Shown: positions 1 through 10,480 of the stretch, in pieces | How the letters are laid out: each line of letters begins with the position of its first letter | Position numbering within the stretch: position 1 is the first letter of the stretch | Assembly (NCBI GenBank): GCA_017448845.1 | Contig: JAFSKT010000042.1 | Coordinates: 1 to 62,209 of the forward strand | DNA from: Lachnospiraceae bacterium | GTDB taxonomy: Bacteria; Bacillota; Clostridia; Lachnospirales; Lachnospiraceae | Reading direction: 5' to 3' | Length of the DNA: 62,209 nt | Translations under genes and position numbers: made by a program | The notes under the pieces: model-generated | Told to the model about the DNA's origin: nothing | The model's database searches: none | The model's input: only the letters and a program-made list of their open reading frames with translations

Positions 1-402
1 TCCCAGATAAAAAGAGAAAGAAATGCAAATAAGGATACCAGACCGTCAGCCAAGTTATCCTACGCAAGGATACCGGTACAAAAGGCCTGCTTCGTACTGG
101 ATGCCGTAAGGGGCAAGAGCTATGAAGAGGCAAAGGGTATTCTTAAGTACAGTCCCAGATATGCTTCGGGAGTCATCTTAAAGCTTCTGGAATCCGCAGC
201 AGCAAACGCTGAGAACAACAACGGTCTTAACAGACAGGATCTGTATATTGCAGAGTGTTTTGCAACACCAGGCCCCATGTTAAAGAGGATACAGCCCAGG
301 GCTCAGGGCAGGGCATACAGGATCTTTAAGAGGATGTGTCATCTGAATGTTGTACTTGACGTAAGAAATAAGGAGGTTTCCGTAAATGGGTCAGAAAGTT
401 AA
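1..402 (+). CDS. rplV: 50S ribosomal protein L22 (5' truncated by window)
   Basis: Frame 1 translated by hand: [39 protein letters not shown]...[10 protein letters not shown]...[18 protein letters not shown]; stop TAA at 400-402; precedes rpsC. Confidence 0.95.
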   Translation, partial: SQIKRERNANKDTRPSAKLSYARIPVQKACFVLDAVRGKSYEEAKGILKYSPRYASGVILKLLESAAANAENNNGLNRQDLYIAECFATPGPMLKRIQPRAQGRAYRIFKRMCHLNVVLDVRNKEVSVNGSES

Positions 403-1066
403 TCCCCACGGCTTAAGAGTAGGCATAATAAAGGACTGGGATTCAAAGTGGTACGCTGAAGGCGATTTTGCGGACTATCTTGTAGAAGACTATAAGATCA
501 GGGAATACCTGAAGAAGAATCTCTATTCAGCAGGCATCTCAAAGATCGAGATCGAGAGATCTGCAGGAAGAGTAAAAGCTACAGTATTTACCTCAAAGCC
601 CGGCGTTATAATCGGCAAGAGCGGAAAAGACGTAGATAAGACCAAGGCAGTTCTTCAGAGGAAGACCGGTAAGAATATTGACCTTGAGATCAAGCAGATA
701 AAGCGCCCCGATTTAGATGCTCAGCTTGTAGCAGAAAATATCGCTCAGCAGCTTGAGAATCGTGTAAGTTTCCGCCGCGCTATGAAGTCCGCTATGCAGA
801 GGACAATGAAGAACGGCGCAAAGGGAATCAAGTCATCTGTTTCAGGTCGTCTTGGTGGCGCAGATATAGCAAGAAGGGAATTCTATTCCGACGGGACAAT
901 CCCTCTTCAGACCCTTCGCGCTGATATCGATTATGGTTTTGCGGAAGCAGATACCACATATGGAAAAGTTGGTGTAAAGGTATGGATCTACAAGGGTGAG
1001 ATCCTTCCTGAGAAAAACAGGGAGGTTGACAATGCTGCCTCCGATAGGGAAGGAGGAGATCAGTAA
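386..1066 (+). CDS. rpsC: 30S ribosomal protein S3
   Basis: [13 protein letters not shown] start, [12 protein letters not shown] motif, AAGGAGG SD. Confidence 0.98.
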   Translation: MGQKVNPHGLRVGIIKDWDSKWYAEGDFADYLVEDYKIREYLKKNLYSAGISKIEIERSAGRVKATVFTSKPGVIIGKSGKDVDKTKAVLQRKTGKNIDLEIKQIKRPDLDAQLVAENIAQQLENRVSFRRAMKSAMQRTMKNGAKGIKSSVSGRLGGADIARREFYSDGTIPLQTLRADIDYGFAEADTTYGKVGVKVWIYKGEILPEKNREVDNAASDREGGDQ

Positions 1067-1512
1067 TGTTAATGCCCAAGAGAGTTAAGCATCGTAAGCA
1101 GATGCGTGGTTCCCTTAGGGGAAAGGCAAACAGTGGAAATACCATAACATATGGTGAATTCGGAATAGTTGCCCTCGAACCTGTATGGGTACGTTCAAAC
1201 CAGATAGAAGCAGCCCGTGTAGCTATGACGAGATACGTGAAGCGTGGCGGTAAGGTGTGGATCAAGATATTCCCCGACAAGCCCATTACCGCAAAGCCCG
1301 CTGAAACACGAATGGGTTCAGGTAAGGGAGCTGTAGATTACTGGGTAGCAGTAGTAAAGCCCGGACGCGTAATGTTCGAGATAGCAGGAGTACCTGAGGA
1401 TACAGCAAGAGAGGCCCTTCGTCTTGCATCGCACAAGCTTCCCTGCAAGTGCAAGATCGTAAGCAAGGAGGATCTCCTGGCTCAGGTTAAAGAAAAAGGC
1501 GGTGACATCTGA
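1066..1512 (+). CDS. rplP: 50S ribosomal protein L16
   Basis: [18 protein letters not shown] motifs; operon position. Confidence 0.98.
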   Translation: MLMPKRVKHRKQMRGSLRGKANSGNTITYGEFGIVALEPVWVRSNQIEAARVAMTRYVKRGGKVWIKIFPDKPITAKPAETRMGSGKGAVDYWVAVVKPGRVMFEIAGVPEDTAREALRLASHKLPCKCKIVSKEDLLAQVKEKGGDI

Positions 1513-1718
1513 TGAAGACTGATAATTATGTTAAGGATCTGAGAGACAAATCGGTTTCTGAACTGGATGAAGCGCTGGTAGCAGCAAAGAAGGAATTGTT
1601 CAACCTGAGATTCCAGAATGCAACAAATCAGCTTGACAATACCAGCAGGATCAGGGAAGTGAGAAAGAACATAGCCAGAATACAGACGGTCATCACTGAA
1701 ACGTCTGCAAAATCCTGA
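1512..1718 (+). CDS. rpmC: 50S ribosomal protein L29
   Basis: [27 protein letters not shown] motif. Confidence 0.97.
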   Translation: MKTDNYVKDLRDKSVSELDEALVAAKKELFNLRFQNATNQLDNTSRIREVRKNIARIQTVITETSAKS

Positions 1719-1725
1719 GATTCAT

Positions 1726-1819
1726 TAAGGAGACCGAATTTTGAAACAACAGTTTCAAAATTCCATCGGTGCCGCAGCAGGCACGTCACCGATGAGCACG
1801 CTTGCCTGCGGCAAGGTAC
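1726..1819 (+). other. Structured intergenic insert (SD-like TAAGGAG followed by three hairpins) between rpmC and rpsQ
   Basis: Stems 1736-1747/1752-1763 (12 bp), 1764-1771/1787-1794 (8 bp), 1801-1806/1810-1815 (6 bp); contains GCACGCTT, also found in the elements at 4037 and 5229. Confidence 0.75.
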
Positions 1820-1824
1820 ATATA

Positions 1825-2085
1825 ATGACTACAGAAAGAAATTTGAGAAAGACACGTACCGGAAAGGTTGTGAGCAACAAGATGGATAAGACCATTACTG
1901 TTGCCGTTGTCGACAATGTAAGGCATCCGCTTTACAAGAAGATCGTAAAGAGGACATACAAGCTTAAGGCTGAGGATGCAAAGAACGAGTGCAATATCGG
2001 CGATACTGTTACGGTTATGGAGACAAGGCCTTTAAGTAAGAGTAAGAGGTGGAGGCTTGTGGAGATCCTTGAGAGGGCTAAGTGA
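1825..2085 (+). CDS. rpsQ: 30S ribosomal protein S17 (alternative in-frame TTG start at 1741)
   Basis: [23 protein letters not shown]...HPLYKK...[11 protein letters not shown]; homology starts at ATG 1825. Confidence 0.96.
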   Translation: MTTERNLRKTRTGKVVSNKMDKTITVAVVDNVRHPLYKKIVKRTYKLKAEDAKNECNIGDTVTVMETRPLSKSKRWRLVEILERAK

Positions 2086-2152
2086 TCATTGATCATTACT
2101 CTCAGGATAAGGATCGGATCAAAGATCCGTTTGACAGATAAGGAGTTTTAGC

Positions 2153-2521
2153 ATGGTACAGCAGGAAACCAGATTAAAAGTCGCAGATAATACAGGAGCT
2201 AAGGAAATCCTTTGCATCAGGGTTATGGGCGGCTCTACAAGGAGATATGCCGGCGTAGGTGATACGATCGTTGCTACTGTCAAAGATGCAACACCCGGCG
2301 GAGTTGTTAAAAAGGGTGATGTGGTGAAAGCGGTTGTAGTCCGCACTGTTAAGAGCATTCGCCGTAAGGATGGTTCCTATATCCGTTTCGACGACAACGC
2401 GGCAGTCATCATAAAGGAAGACCTTACACCCAGAGGAACACGTATTTTTGGACCGGTTGCACGTGAACTTCGTGATAAGCATTTCATGAAGATCGTATCC
2501 CTTGCACCGGAAGTATTGTGA
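2153..2521 (+). CDS. rplN: 50S ribosomal protein L14
   Basis: [16 protein letters not shown]...[10 protein letters not shown]. Confidence 0.98.
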   Translation: MVQQETRLKVADNTGAKEILCIRVMGGSTRRYAGVGDTIVATVKDATPGGVVKKGDVVKAVVVRTVKSIRRKDGSYIRFDDNAAVIIKEDLTPRGTRIFGPVARELRDKHFMKIVSLAPEVL

Positions 2522-2536
2522 CAGGGAGGGTTGATC

Positions 2537-2848
2537 ATGGCAACAATGAGAATTAAGAAGGGTGACACCGTTCAGGTCATCGCCGGTAAGGACAAGGGCA
2601 AGAGCGGAAGAGTCCTCAACGTGGATTACAAGAAGAGAAGGGTTCTTGTGGAAGGCGTCAACATGATAGCCAAGCACGAAAAACCCTCCGTATCAAATCA
2701 GGACGGCGGTATCGTACATAAGGAAGCTGCTCTGGACCTGAGCAACGTAATGTTTGAGCATAAGGGCAAGCCTGTCAGGATCGGTTTCAAGGTTGACGGA
2801 GACAAGAAAGTCCGCATAGACCGCAAGACCGGTGAGACAGTTGACTAA
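2537..2848 (+). CDS. rplX: 50S ribosomal protein L24
   Basis: KOW motif [17 protein letters not shown]; ATG 2537 behind GGGAGG. Confidence 0.97.
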   Translation: MATMRIKKGDTVQVIAGKDKGKSGRVLNVDYKKRRVLVEGVNMIAKHEKPSVSNQDGGIVHKEAALDLSNVMFEHKGKPVRIGFKVDGDKKVRIDRKTGETVD

Positions 2849-2868
2849 ACTTTAGGAGGTAAGGAAGT

Positions 2869-3411
2869 TTGAGCAGACTGAGAGAACAGTACCAGACAGA
2901 GATCGTACCGGCCATGTCGAAGAAGTTTGGTTATAAAAACATAATGGAAGTTCCGAAGCTCGAAAAGATCGTTGTCAACATGGGCGTCGGTGAAGCTAAG
3001 GAAAATGTAAAGATACTTGATTCCGCAGTAGCGGATATGCAGGTTATAACAGGTCAGAAGGCCGTTATCACAAAGGCTAAGAAGGCGGTTGCAAACTTCA
3101 AGATCAGGGAGGGCATGCCTATCGGATGTAAGGTGACCCTTCGTGGCGATAGGATGTATGAATTCCTTGACCGTCTCGTAAACCTGGCCCTTCCCCGCGT
3201 ACGTGACTTCCGCGGAGTAAGCGCTGATTCCTTTGACGGCAGAGGAAACTATGCGCTGGGCATCAAGGAACAGCTCATATTCCCCGAAATCGAGTATGAC
3301 AAGATCGATAAAGTCAGGGGTATGGATGTTATTGTAGTCACCACTGCAAAGACAGATGAGGAAGCAAGAGAACTGTTAAGGCTTTTCAATATGCCTTTTG
3401 CCAAACAGTAA
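2869..3411 (+). CDS. rplE: 50S ribosomal protein L5
   Basis: [27 protein letters not shown]; TTG start behind AGGAGGT. Confidence 0.98.
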   Translation: MSRLREQYQTEIVPAMSKKFGYKNIMEVPKLEKIVVNMGVGEAKENVKILDSAVADMQVITGQKAVITKAKKAVANFKIREGMPIGCKVTLRGDRMYEFLDRLVNLALPRVRDFRGVSADSFDGRGNYALGIKEQLIFPEIEYDKIDKVRGMDVIVVTTAKTDEEARELLRLFNMPFAKQ

Positions 3412-3425
3412 AGAGGAGGAAATAA

Positions 3426-3611
3426 ATGGCTAAGTTATCCATGAAGCTTAAGCAGCAGAGAAAGCCCAAGTTCTCCACAAGGGCATATACACGTTGCAGG
3501 ATCTGCGGACGTCCCCATGCGGTCCTCCGCAAGTACGGCATCTGTCGTGTTTGTTTTAGGGAGCTTGCTTATAAGGGACAGATCCCGGGTGTTAAGAAGG
3601 CATCCTGGTAA
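3426..3611 (+). CDS. rpsZ: 30S ribosomal protein S14, zinc-binding type Z
   Basis: 61 aa, CRIC and CRVC zinc motifs, PGVKKASW end. Confidence 0.97.
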   Translation: MAKLSMKLKQQRKPKFSTRAYTRCRICGRPHAVLRKYGICRVCFRELAYKGQIPGVKKASW

Positions 3612-3638
3612 GCAGAAAATACAGGAGGTAAAACAGGA

Positions 3639-4040
3639 ATGACTACAAATGATCCTATTGCGGATATGCTCACCAGGATCCGCAATGCAAACACTGTAAA
3701 GCATGATACAGTTGATATTCCTTCATCCAAGATGAAGCTTGCTATAGCAGACATCCTTGTAGATGAGGGTTATGTTAAGAAGTATGATCTGGTTCAGAAC
3801 GGAAACTTTAAGGATATCAGGATCACTCTGAAATATGCAGATGATAAGAATACCAGGGTTATTTCCGGACTGAAGAGGATAAGCAAACCCGGACTCAGGG
3901 TTTACGCAGGAAGAGACAAGCTTCCCAAGGTTCTTGGCGGACTTGGAATTGCCATTCTTTCAACAAATCAGGGAGTTATCACTGATAAGAAGGCAAGGGA
4001 GCTCAATGTCGGCGGCGAAGTACTTGCTTTTATCTGGTGA
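3639..4040 (+). CDS. rpsH: 30S ribosomal protein S8
   Basis: [32 protein letters not shown]. Confidence 0.98.
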   Translation: MTTNDPIADMLTRIRNANTVKHDTVDIPSSKMKLAIADILVDEGYVKKYDLVQNGNFKDIRITLKYADDKNTRVISGLKRISKPGLRVYAGRDKLPKVLGGLGIAILSTNQGVITDKKARELNVGGEVLAFIW

Positions 4041-4102
4041 AATGTCCAGTGGACATTTCACGGGCACGCTTTGAAGCGCTGAGCGCTTCAGTGCCCCGGG
4101 AA
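4037..4102. repeat. 66-nt double-hairpin element, copy 1 (REP-like)
   Basis: GTGAAATGTCC-AGT-GGACATTTCAC then GGGCAC-GCTT-TGAAGCGCT-G-AGCGCTTCA-GTGCCC-CGGGAA; second copy at 5229-5294. Confidence 0.85.
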
Positions 4103-4247
4103 ACTACTGAAGCCAAAGACCCAGGCGATGAAAGCGCTGAGCGCTTCAGTGCCCCGGGAAACTACTGAAGCCAATGACCCAAGCGATGAAAGCGCTGAGC
4201 GCTTCAGTGCCCCGGGAAACTACTGAAGCCAAAGACCCAGGCGATGA
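4074..4247. repeat. Tandem repeat, 3 x 58 bp, in rpsH-rplF spacer
   Basis: Unit AAGCGCTGAGCGCTTCAGTGCCCCGGGAAACTACTGAAGCCAAAGACCCAGGCGATGA at 4074, 4132, 4190; middle copy has 2 substitutions. Confidence 0.95.
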
Positions 4248-4299
4248 TATGCGCCTAAAGAAGAAAATAGTTGATTAAGTAAAACAGGAGGTAGCGGGC

Positions 4300-4839
4300 A
4301 TGTCACGAATCGGAAAAATGCCTATCGCGATCCCCAGCGGCGTAACCGTTGAGGTCGCAGAAAATAACAAAGTGACTGTAAAGGGACCTAAGGGCACCCT
4401 TTCAAGGACCCTTCCCTCAGAGCTTGCCATCAAGCAGGAAAACGGCGAGCTTAAGGTAGAGCGTCCCAATGATGAAAAGGAGATCAGGGCTTTACACGGA
4501 CTTACCAGAGCTCTTATAAACAATATGGTAGTCGGTGTTACTGAAGGCTATGTAAAGACCCTTGAGATCAACGGTGTTGGTTACAGAGCTGCAAAGCAGG
4601 GTAAGAAGCTTACCCTTACGCTGGGATATTCTCATCCGGTAGAAATGGAAGACCCCGAGGGGATCGAAACCAAGGTTACCGACAATAAGATCGAGGTTTC
4701 CGGCATCGACAAGGAAAAGGTCGGGCAGTACGCAGCTGTGATCAGGGATAAGAAGAGACCTGAACCTTATAAGGGCAAAGGTATCAAGTATACTACTGAA
4801 ACTATAAGGCGAAAAGTCGGCAAGGCCGGTAAGAAATAA
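4300..4839 (+). CDS. rplF: 50S ribosomal protein L6
   Basis: [26 protein letters not shown]. Confidence 0.98.
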   Translation: MSRIGKMPIAIPSGVTVEVAENNKVTVKGPKGTLSRTLPSELAIKQENGELKVERPNDEKEIRALHGLTRALINNMVVGVTEGYVKTLEINGVGYRAAKQGKKLTLTLGYSHPVEMEDPEGIETKVTDNKIEVSGIDKEKVGQYAAVIRDKKRPEPYKGKGIKYTTETIRRKVGKAGKK

Positions 4840-4854
4840 TCGGGAGGCTTAATA

Positions 4855-5223
4855 ATGATCAAGAAGAAATCAAGAACTTTAGTTCGTGAAAAGAAGCATA
4901 TGAGGATCCGCAATCGCTTAAGCGGAACATCCACAAGGCCAAGGCTCTCGGTTTTCAGAAGCAATAAGCATATGTATGCTCAGGTTATCGATGATGAAGC
5001 AGCAAACACGCTTGTAGCAGCTTCAACCACCGAGAAGGCAGTGAAGAGCGAGCTTAAGTACACAGATGATGTGGAAGCGGCTAAGTACCTTGGAACAGTT
5101 ATAGCAAAGAGAACATTGGAAAAGGGCATCAGTGAGGTTGTCTTCGACAGAGGCGGCTTTATCTACCAGGGCAAGATCAAGGCTCTTGCAGATGCTGCCA
5201 GAGAAGAAGGACTTAAGTTTTAA
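4855..5223 (+). CDS. rplR: 50S ribosomal protein L18
   Basis: [26 protein letters not shown]. Confidence 0.98.
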   Translation: MIKKKSRTLVREKKHMRIRNRLSGTSTRPRLSVFRSNKHMYAQVIDDEAANTLVAASTTEKAVKSELKYTDDVEAAKYLGTVIAKRTLEKGISEVVFDRGGFIYQGKIKALADAAREEGLKF

Positions 5224-5228
5224 GGAGG

Positions 5229-5294
5229 GAAAAACGTCCGGCGGACGTTTTTCGGGCACGCTTTGATGCGCTGAGCGCATCAGTGCCCCGGGAA
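5229..5294. repeat. 66-nt double-hairpin element, copy 2 (REP-like)
   Basis: GAAAAACGTCC-GGC-GGACGTTTTTC then GGGCAC-GCTT-TGATGCGCT-G-AGCGCATCA-GTGCCC-CGGGAA; directly after TAAGGAGG at the rplR stop. Confidence 0.85.
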
Positions 5295-5352
5295 TGTGCG
5301 AATCAAGAAAAATCTTCCAATATGGAAGTAAGAAAGACAAGGAGAAAAACTA

Positions 5353-5862
5353 ATGAAGCACAGCGTGATCGATGCAAACAATCTTGAGCTTGAAGACAAG
5401 GTAGTTACCATTAAGAGGGTCACCAAGGTTGTAAAGGGCGGACGTAACATGCGCTTTTCAGCTCTTGTGGTTTTAGGAGACCGTAACGGCCACGTCGGAG
5501 TAGGTCTTGGAAAGGCAGCCGAAATACCCGAAGCTATCCGCAAGGGTAAGGAAGATGCAGCCAAGAAGCTCATAAATGTAGCAATTGATGATAACGGATC
5601 CATCACTTATGACTATACCGGAAAGTTCGGCGGAGCATCCATTCTCTTAAAGAAGGCTCCCGAAGGAACTGGTATCATCGCAGGTGGTCCTGCGCGTATA
5701 GTCTGCGAACTGGCTGGTATCAGGAACATCCGTACCAAGTCTCTCGGATCCAACAACAAGCAGAACGTAGTTTTAGCTGCCATCAAAGCACTTCAGGAGA
5801 TCAAATCCCCGGAAGAGATAGCAGCTCTTCGCGGGAAGACCGTAGAAGAAATCAGCGGTTAA
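5353..5862 (+). CDS. rpsE: 30S ribosomal protein S5
   Basis: [27 protein letters not shown]. Confidence 0.98.
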   Translation: MKHSVIDANNLELEDKVVTIKRVTKVVKGGRNMRFSALVVLGDRNGHVGVGLGKAAEIPEAIRKGKEDAAKKLINVAIDDNGSITYDYTGKFGGASILLKKAPEGTGIIAGGPARIVCELAGIRNIRTKSLGSNNKQNVVLAAIKALQEIKSPEEIAALRGKTVEEISG

Positions 5863-5872
5863 GGAGGCAGAT

Positions 5873-6055
5873 ATGGCAGGCAAATTAAAGGTAACACTTA
5901 TAAAGTCCCCTATCGGTGCCATCCCGAAGCATAAGGCCACTGTGGAAGCTATGGGGCTTCGCAGGCCGAATAAATTCGTGGAGCTGCCCGATAATGAATC
6001 AGTACGCGGAATGTGCAATGCTGTAAAGCACATGGTTAAGGTGGAGGAGATCTGA
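5873..6055 (+). CDS. rpmD: 50S ribosomal protein L30
   Basis: 60 aa, [11 protein letters not shown]; between rpsE and rplO. Confidence 0.96.
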   Translation: MAGKLKVTLIKSPIGAIPKHKATVEAMGLRRPNKFVELPDNESVRGMCNAVKHMVKVEEI

Positions 6056-6056
6056 T

Positions 6057-6500
6057 ATGGAATTATATAATTTAAGGCCCGCACCCGGTGCAAAGCATAA
6101 GGATAATTTCCGCAGGGGCCGCGGACATGGCTCAGGAAACGGAAAGACTGCCGGATATGGCCACAAGGGACAGAAGGCCCGTTCAGGAGCCCCCAGGACA
6201 GGATTTGAAGGAGGTCAGATGCCTCTTTACAGGAGACTGCCCAAGAGAGGTTTCAAGAATTACAACAGAAAGCAGATCATCTGCGTTAATGTTGCCACCC
6301 TCGAGAAGTATTATGAGGATGGAGCTACTGTAGTAAGCGAAGATCTTATCGAAAGAGGTATCATCAAGGATACCTATGACGGATTAAAAATCCTCGGAAA
6401 CGGTGATATCTCCAAGAAGCTTACAGTAAAAGCAAATGCTTTTTCAGCTTCTGCTAAAGAGAAAATTGAAGCTGCAGGTGGGAAAGCTGAGGTGATCTGA
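6057..6500 (+). CDS. rplO: 50S ribosomal protein L15
   Basis: [38 protein letters not shown]. Confidence 0.98.
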   Translation: MELYNLRPAPGAKHKDNFRRGRGHGSGNGKTAGYGHKGQKARSGAPRTGFEGGQMPLYRRLPKRGFKNYNRKQIICVNVATLEKYYEDGATVVSEDLIERGIIKDTYDGLKILGNGDISKKLTVKANAFSASAKEKIEAAGGKAEVI

Positions 6501-7831
6501 TGCTTGAATCAGTACGCAATGCCTTTAAGATAAAGGACATAAGAAACAGGATCTTATATACACTTCTGATCCTGTTCCTTATAAGGCTTGGCTGCCAGCT
6601 TCCCATACCCGGTGTTAACAGGGAATATTTCTCACAGTGGTTCGCCAGCCTTACCGGTGATAATTTCGGCTTCTTCAATGCATTTACCGGCGGTTCCTTT
6701 GAGAACATGTCCATCTTCGCATTGAACATCACGCCATACATCACATCTTCCATTATCATAGAGTTGCTGACAATAGCAATTCCCTATCTGGAAGAGAAGC
6801 AGAGGGACGGACAGGAAGGACGTAAGGTCCTTATAGCCATCACCAGATACGTTACCGTTGGACTTTCACTTCTTGAGTCTGCGGCGATGGCAATAGGTTT
6901 CTATAACCAGGGTCTCATGGAGACAAATATGAATCCCTGGCTCATAGGAATAATGATAGTAACCGGGTTAACAGGCGGTTCCGCACTTCTCATGTGGTTC
7001 GGTGAACAGATAACCGAGAAGGGCGTAGGAAACGGTATTTCGGTAGTCCTCACCATCAACATCATTTCGAGGCTGCCTCAGGACCTGTCCTCACTTTGGG
7101 ACATGTTCATCCGCACCAACTTTGTGGAAGGAAAGGTGCTTATAGCAATAGTAGCTGCAGTTGTCATCCTTGCAGTCATCATCGGTACTGTTGTTCTCAC
7201 TGTACTGCTTAACGGAGCCGAGAGACGGATTCCTGTGCAGTATGCGAGAAAGGTAGCAGGGCGTAAGATGGTTGGCGGCACACAGAGCAGCATACCTCTT
7301 AAGGTTAATACCAGCGGAGTAATACCTGTGATCTTTGCATCATCCATAATGCAGTTCCCCATCGTTATATGCCAGTTATTCGGAATACAGGCAGGGGCGA
7401 ACTTAGGCGGACAGATATTAAGGATGCTCAACTCAGGAAACTGGTGTAACCCCGCAGCACCTGTATATTCCATAGGACTTTTGATCTACATTATACTGGT
7501 TATTTTCTTCGCCTACTTCTATACGTCCATTACATTTAACCCTCTTGAGGTTTCGGACAACTTAAAGAAGCAGGGAGGATTTATTCCCGGAATACGTCCC
7601 GGAAAGCCTACTAACGACTATCTTACAAACATATTAAACTACATAATCTTTATCGGAGCCGTTGGACTGGTAATAGTAGCAGTCATCCCGATCTTCTTTA
7701 ACGGGTTCTTCGGTGCCGATGTGTCCTTCGGAGGAACATCACTTATCATTATCGTAGGTGTTATCCTTGAGACATTAAAGCAGATAGAGTCCAGAATGCT
7801 TGTCAGAAGTTATAAGGGATTCCTGGCTTAA
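6500..7831 (+). CDS. secY: Preprotein translocase subunit SecY
   Basis: [42 protein letters not shown]; multiple TM segments. Confidence 0.98.
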   Translation: MLESVRNAFKIKDIRNRILYTLLILFLIRLGCQLPIPGVNREYFSQWFASLTGDNFGFFNAFTGGSFENMSIFALNITPYITSSIIIELLTIAIPYLEEKQRDGQEGRKVLIAITRYVTVGLSLLESAAMAIGFYNQGLMETNMNPWLIGIMIVTGLTGGSALLMWFGEQITEKGVGNGISVVLTINIISRLPQDLSSLWDMFIRTNFVEGKVLIAIVAAVVILAVIIGTVVLTVLLNGAERRIPVQYARKVAGRKMVGGTQSSIPLKVNTSGVIPVIFASSIMQFPIVICQLFGIQAGANLGGQILRMLNSGNWCNPAAPVYSIGLLIYIILVIFFAYFYTSITFNPLEVSDNLKKQGGFIPGIRPGKPTNDYLTNILNYIIFIGAVGLVIVAVIPIFFNGFFGADVSFGGTSLIIIVGVILETLKQIESRMLVRSYKGFLA

Positions 7832-7851
7832 GGCCGGACGAGGTATATTTT

Positions 7852-8493
7852 ATGAAGATAATAATGCTCGGAGCTCCCGGAGCGGGCAAGGGAACACAGG
7901 CAAAGAGGATAGCGGAGAAATTCGGTATTCCCCACATTTCAACCGGCGATATCTTCCGTGCCAACATAAAGAACGGCACAGAGCTTGGAAAAGAAGCTAA
8001 GAAGTACATGGATGAAGGCAAGCTGGTTCCCGATGAACTTACAGTAAGGATCCTTCTCGACAGAGTTAAGGATGCTGACTGCAGCAAGGGTTATGTGTTA
8101 GACGGATTCCCCAGGACCATTCCCCAGGCAGAGGTACTGGACAGCGAGCTTGCAAAGCTCAATGAAAAGGTTGACTATGCCGTGGATGTGGATGTGCCGG
8201 ATGAGAATATAGTTAAGAGGATGTCCGGAAGACGCGCCTGCTTAAACTGCGGCGCCACCTATCATCTGGAGTACTTAAAGCCCGCAAAGGACGGCGTCTG
8301 TGACAAATGCGGATCAGAGCTGGTCTTAAGGGATGATGATAAGCCGGAAACAGTGAATAAGCGCCTTAAGGTGTATCACGAGCAGACCCAGCCCCTTATA
8401 GACTACTATTCAAAGAAACAGATCCTGCACGCCGTTGACGGCACCGTGGATCCGGATGAAGTATTTAAGGCTATCGAAGCAATATTAAAGTAA
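7852..8493 (+). CDS. adk: Adenylate kinase (zinc-lid type)
   Basis: [25 protein letters not shown] lid. Confidence 0.98.
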   Translation: MKIIMLGAPGAGKGTQAKRIAEKFGIPHISTGDIFRANIKNGTELGKEAKKYMDEGKLVPDELTVRILLDRVKDADCSKGYVLDGFPRTIPQAEVLDSELAKLNEKVDYAVDVDVPDENIVKRMSGRRACLNCGATYHLEYLKPAKDGVCDKCGSELVLRDDDKPETVNKRLKVYHEQTQPLIDYYSKKQILHAVDGTVDPDEVFKAIEAILK

Positions 8494-8505
8494 GTAAGAG
8501 GAAAT

Positions 8506-8724
8506 ATGTCGAAAGCAGATGTAATTGAAATCGAAGGAAAAGTAGTAGAAAAGCTGCCCAATGCCATGTTCCAGGTTGAGCTGGAAAACGGACATCAGGT
8601 TCTTGCCCACATAAGCGGAAAGCTCAGGATGAATTTCATCCGCATACTTCCCGGAGACAAGGTAACCATTGAGATGTCCCCCTATGACCTTTCAAAGGGA
8701 AGGATCATCTGGAGAGATAAGTAA
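8506..8724 (+). CDS. infA: Translation initiation factor IF-1
   Basis: [31 protein letters not shown]. Confidence 0.98.
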   Translation: MSKADVIEIEGKVVEKLPNAMFQVELENGHQVLAHISGKLRMNFIRILPGDKVTIEMSPYDLSKGRIIWRDK

Positions 8725-8734
8725 AAATTTACTC

Positions 8735-8764
8735 TTTACATGGCCGCATAAGCAGTGATATAAT
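8735..8764 (+). promoter_or_regulatory. Internal sigma-70 type promoter for the rpmJ/alpha operon segment
   Basis: TTTACA-18 nt-TATAAT with extended -10 TG (TGATATAAT). Confidence 0.65.
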
Positions 8765-8806
8765 ATCTGTCGGCTTTTTTCAGGGTTATTTTTTAAGGAG
8801 GAAGTT

Positions 8807-8920
8807 ATGAAGGTTAGGTCTTCTGTAAAGCCTATGTGCGAAAAGTGCAAGGTTATCAAGAGAAAAGGAAAAGTTAGGATCATCTGCGAGAATCCTAAGC
8901 ACAAGCAGGTGCAGGGATAA
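8807..8920 (+). CDS. rpmJ: 50S ribosomal protein L36 (absent from ORF track)
   Basis: Hand translation [37 protein letters not shown], 37 aa, AAGGAGG SD. Confidence 0.97.
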   Translation: MKVRSSVKPMCEKCKVIKRKGKVRIICENPKHKQVQG

Positions 8921-9021
8921 GTCAACTGTCATTGGGCAGAACCGGGTACATATTTAATGATGCCGGTTCCGGCCGGAATGGTTGTACATAGATTATCATC
9001 GAAAGGAGGAACGTACTCACA

Positions 9022-9390
9022 ATGGCTCGTATTGCTGGTGTTGATTTACCCAGAGAGAAGAGAGTTGAGATAGGTCTTACATACATTTACGGTATCGGCA
9101 GATCCAGCTCAAATGAGATTCTTTCTAAGGCAGGCGTCAATCCTGATACCAGGGTAAGAGACCTGAAAGAGGATGAGGTTTCAAAGATCCGTGATATTCT
9201 TGAAAAGGAATACACCATCGAAGGAGATCTCCGTCGTCAGGTTGCCATGGATATCAAGAGGCTTACGGAAATAGGGTGCTACAGAGGAATCCGTCACAGG
9301 AAGTCTCTTCCCTGCCGTGGTCAGAAAACAAAGACAAACGCCAGGACTTGCAAAGGTCCCAGAAGAACAGTTGCCAATAAGAAGAAGTAA
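9022..9390 (+). CDS. rpsM: 30S ribosomal protein S13
   Basis: [29 protein letters not shown]. Confidence 0.98.
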   Translation: MARIAGVDLPREKRVEIGLTYIYGIGRSSSNEILSKAGVNPDTRVRDLKEDEVSKIRDILEKEYTIEGDLRRQVAMDIKRLTEIGCYRGIRHRKSLPCRGQKTKTNARTCKGPRRTVANKKK

Positions 9391-9447
9391 TCTTTTGGCG
9401 AATAGTACCCGTTGACAAGAAATAAGAGAAAGTAGGTTAGTTTTAAA

Positions 9448-9849
9448 ATGGCTAAACAGCAGTCCAGCGCCAGAAAAGCAACAAAACGGCGCGTGAAAAA
9501 AAACGTTGAACACGGACAGGCACATATCCAGTCATCTTTCAATAACACTATCGTTACATTGACAGATTCAGAGGGTAATGCTCTTTCATGGGCAAGTGCC
9601 GGCGGTCTTGGTTTCAGAGGTTCAAGGAAATCTACTCCATATGCAGCACAGGTAGCAGCTGAGACGGCTACCAAGGCAGCTCTCATACATGGACTTAAAT
9701 CAGTAGACGTTATGGTTAAGGGTCCCGGATCAGGAAGGGAAGCGGCTATCCGCGCCCTGTCCGCAGCAGGACTTCAGATCACCAGTATTAAAGATGTGAC
9801 ACCGGTGCCTCATAATGGTTGCCGTCCACCTAAGAGAAGGAGAGTGTAA
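9448..9849 (+). CDS. rpsK: 30S ribosomal protein S11
   Basis: [35 protein letters not shown]. Confidence 0.98.
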   Translation: MAKQQSSARKATKRRVKKNVEHGQAHIQSSFNNTIVTLTDSEGNALSWASAGGLGFRGSRKSTPYAAQVAAETATKAALIHGLKSVDVMVKGPGSGREAAIRALSAAGLQITSIKDVTPVPHNGCRPPKRRRV

Positions 9850-9853
9850 GCAT

Positions 9854-10447
9854 ATGGCAGTTAATAGAGTACCTGTTCTTAAAAGATGCAGATCTTTAGG
9901 TCTTGAGCCTGCATATTTAGGATACAGCAAGAAATCAACAAGACAGCTTATCCGTTCCAGCAGGAAGGTAAGTGAGTACGGACTTCAGCTTCGTGAGAAG
10001 CAGAAGGCAAAGTTTATATATGGCGTCCTTGAGAAGCCTTTCCGTAATTATTACAAGAAGGCAGACCGTATGAAGGGAATGACCGGTGAAAACCTCCTTA
10101 TGCTTTTAGAGCAGAGGCTTGATAACGTGGTATTCCGTCTCGGTTTTGCACGTACAAGGCGCGAAGCAAGGCAGATGGTTGATCATAAGGCATTTTCCGT
10201 AAATGGCAAGACCATTAACATCCCTTCATTCTCCGTTAAGCCCGGAGATGTTGTAGAGATCAGGGAAAAGGCAAGATCATCACAGCATATTAAGGAGATA
10301 CTTGAATTTACGGCAGACAGAGCAGTTCCTGCGTGGCTTACAGCAGAGCCTGAGAATTTCAAGGGCACTGTAAGTGAGCTTCCTTCAAGGGATCAGATTG
10401 ACGTTCCCGTTGATGAGCTGGCTATCGTCGAGCTCTATTCTAAATAA
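9854..10447 (+). CDS. rpsD: 30S ribosomal protein S4
   Basis: [27 protein letters not shown]; ATG 9854 just after the rpsK stop. Confidence 0.97.
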   Translation: MAVNRVPVLKRCRSLGLEPAYLGYSKKSTRQLIRSSRKVSEYGLQLREKQKAKFIYGVLEKPFRNYYKKADRMKGMTGENLLMLLEQRLDNVVFRLGFARTRREARQMVDHKAFSVNGKTINIPSFSVKPGDVVEIREKARSSQHIKEILEFTADRAVPAWLTAEPENFKGTVSELPSRDQIDVPVDELAIVELYSK

Positions 10448-10480
10448 TCATTAAGTGATTTATAAATAGGAGGTAGCTGT

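Noticed and set aside
4074-4247. CRISPR array or type III antitoxin RNA repeats
   Set aside because: Units are contiguous with no unique spacers, there are no cas genes, and the downstream gene is rplF rather than a toxin
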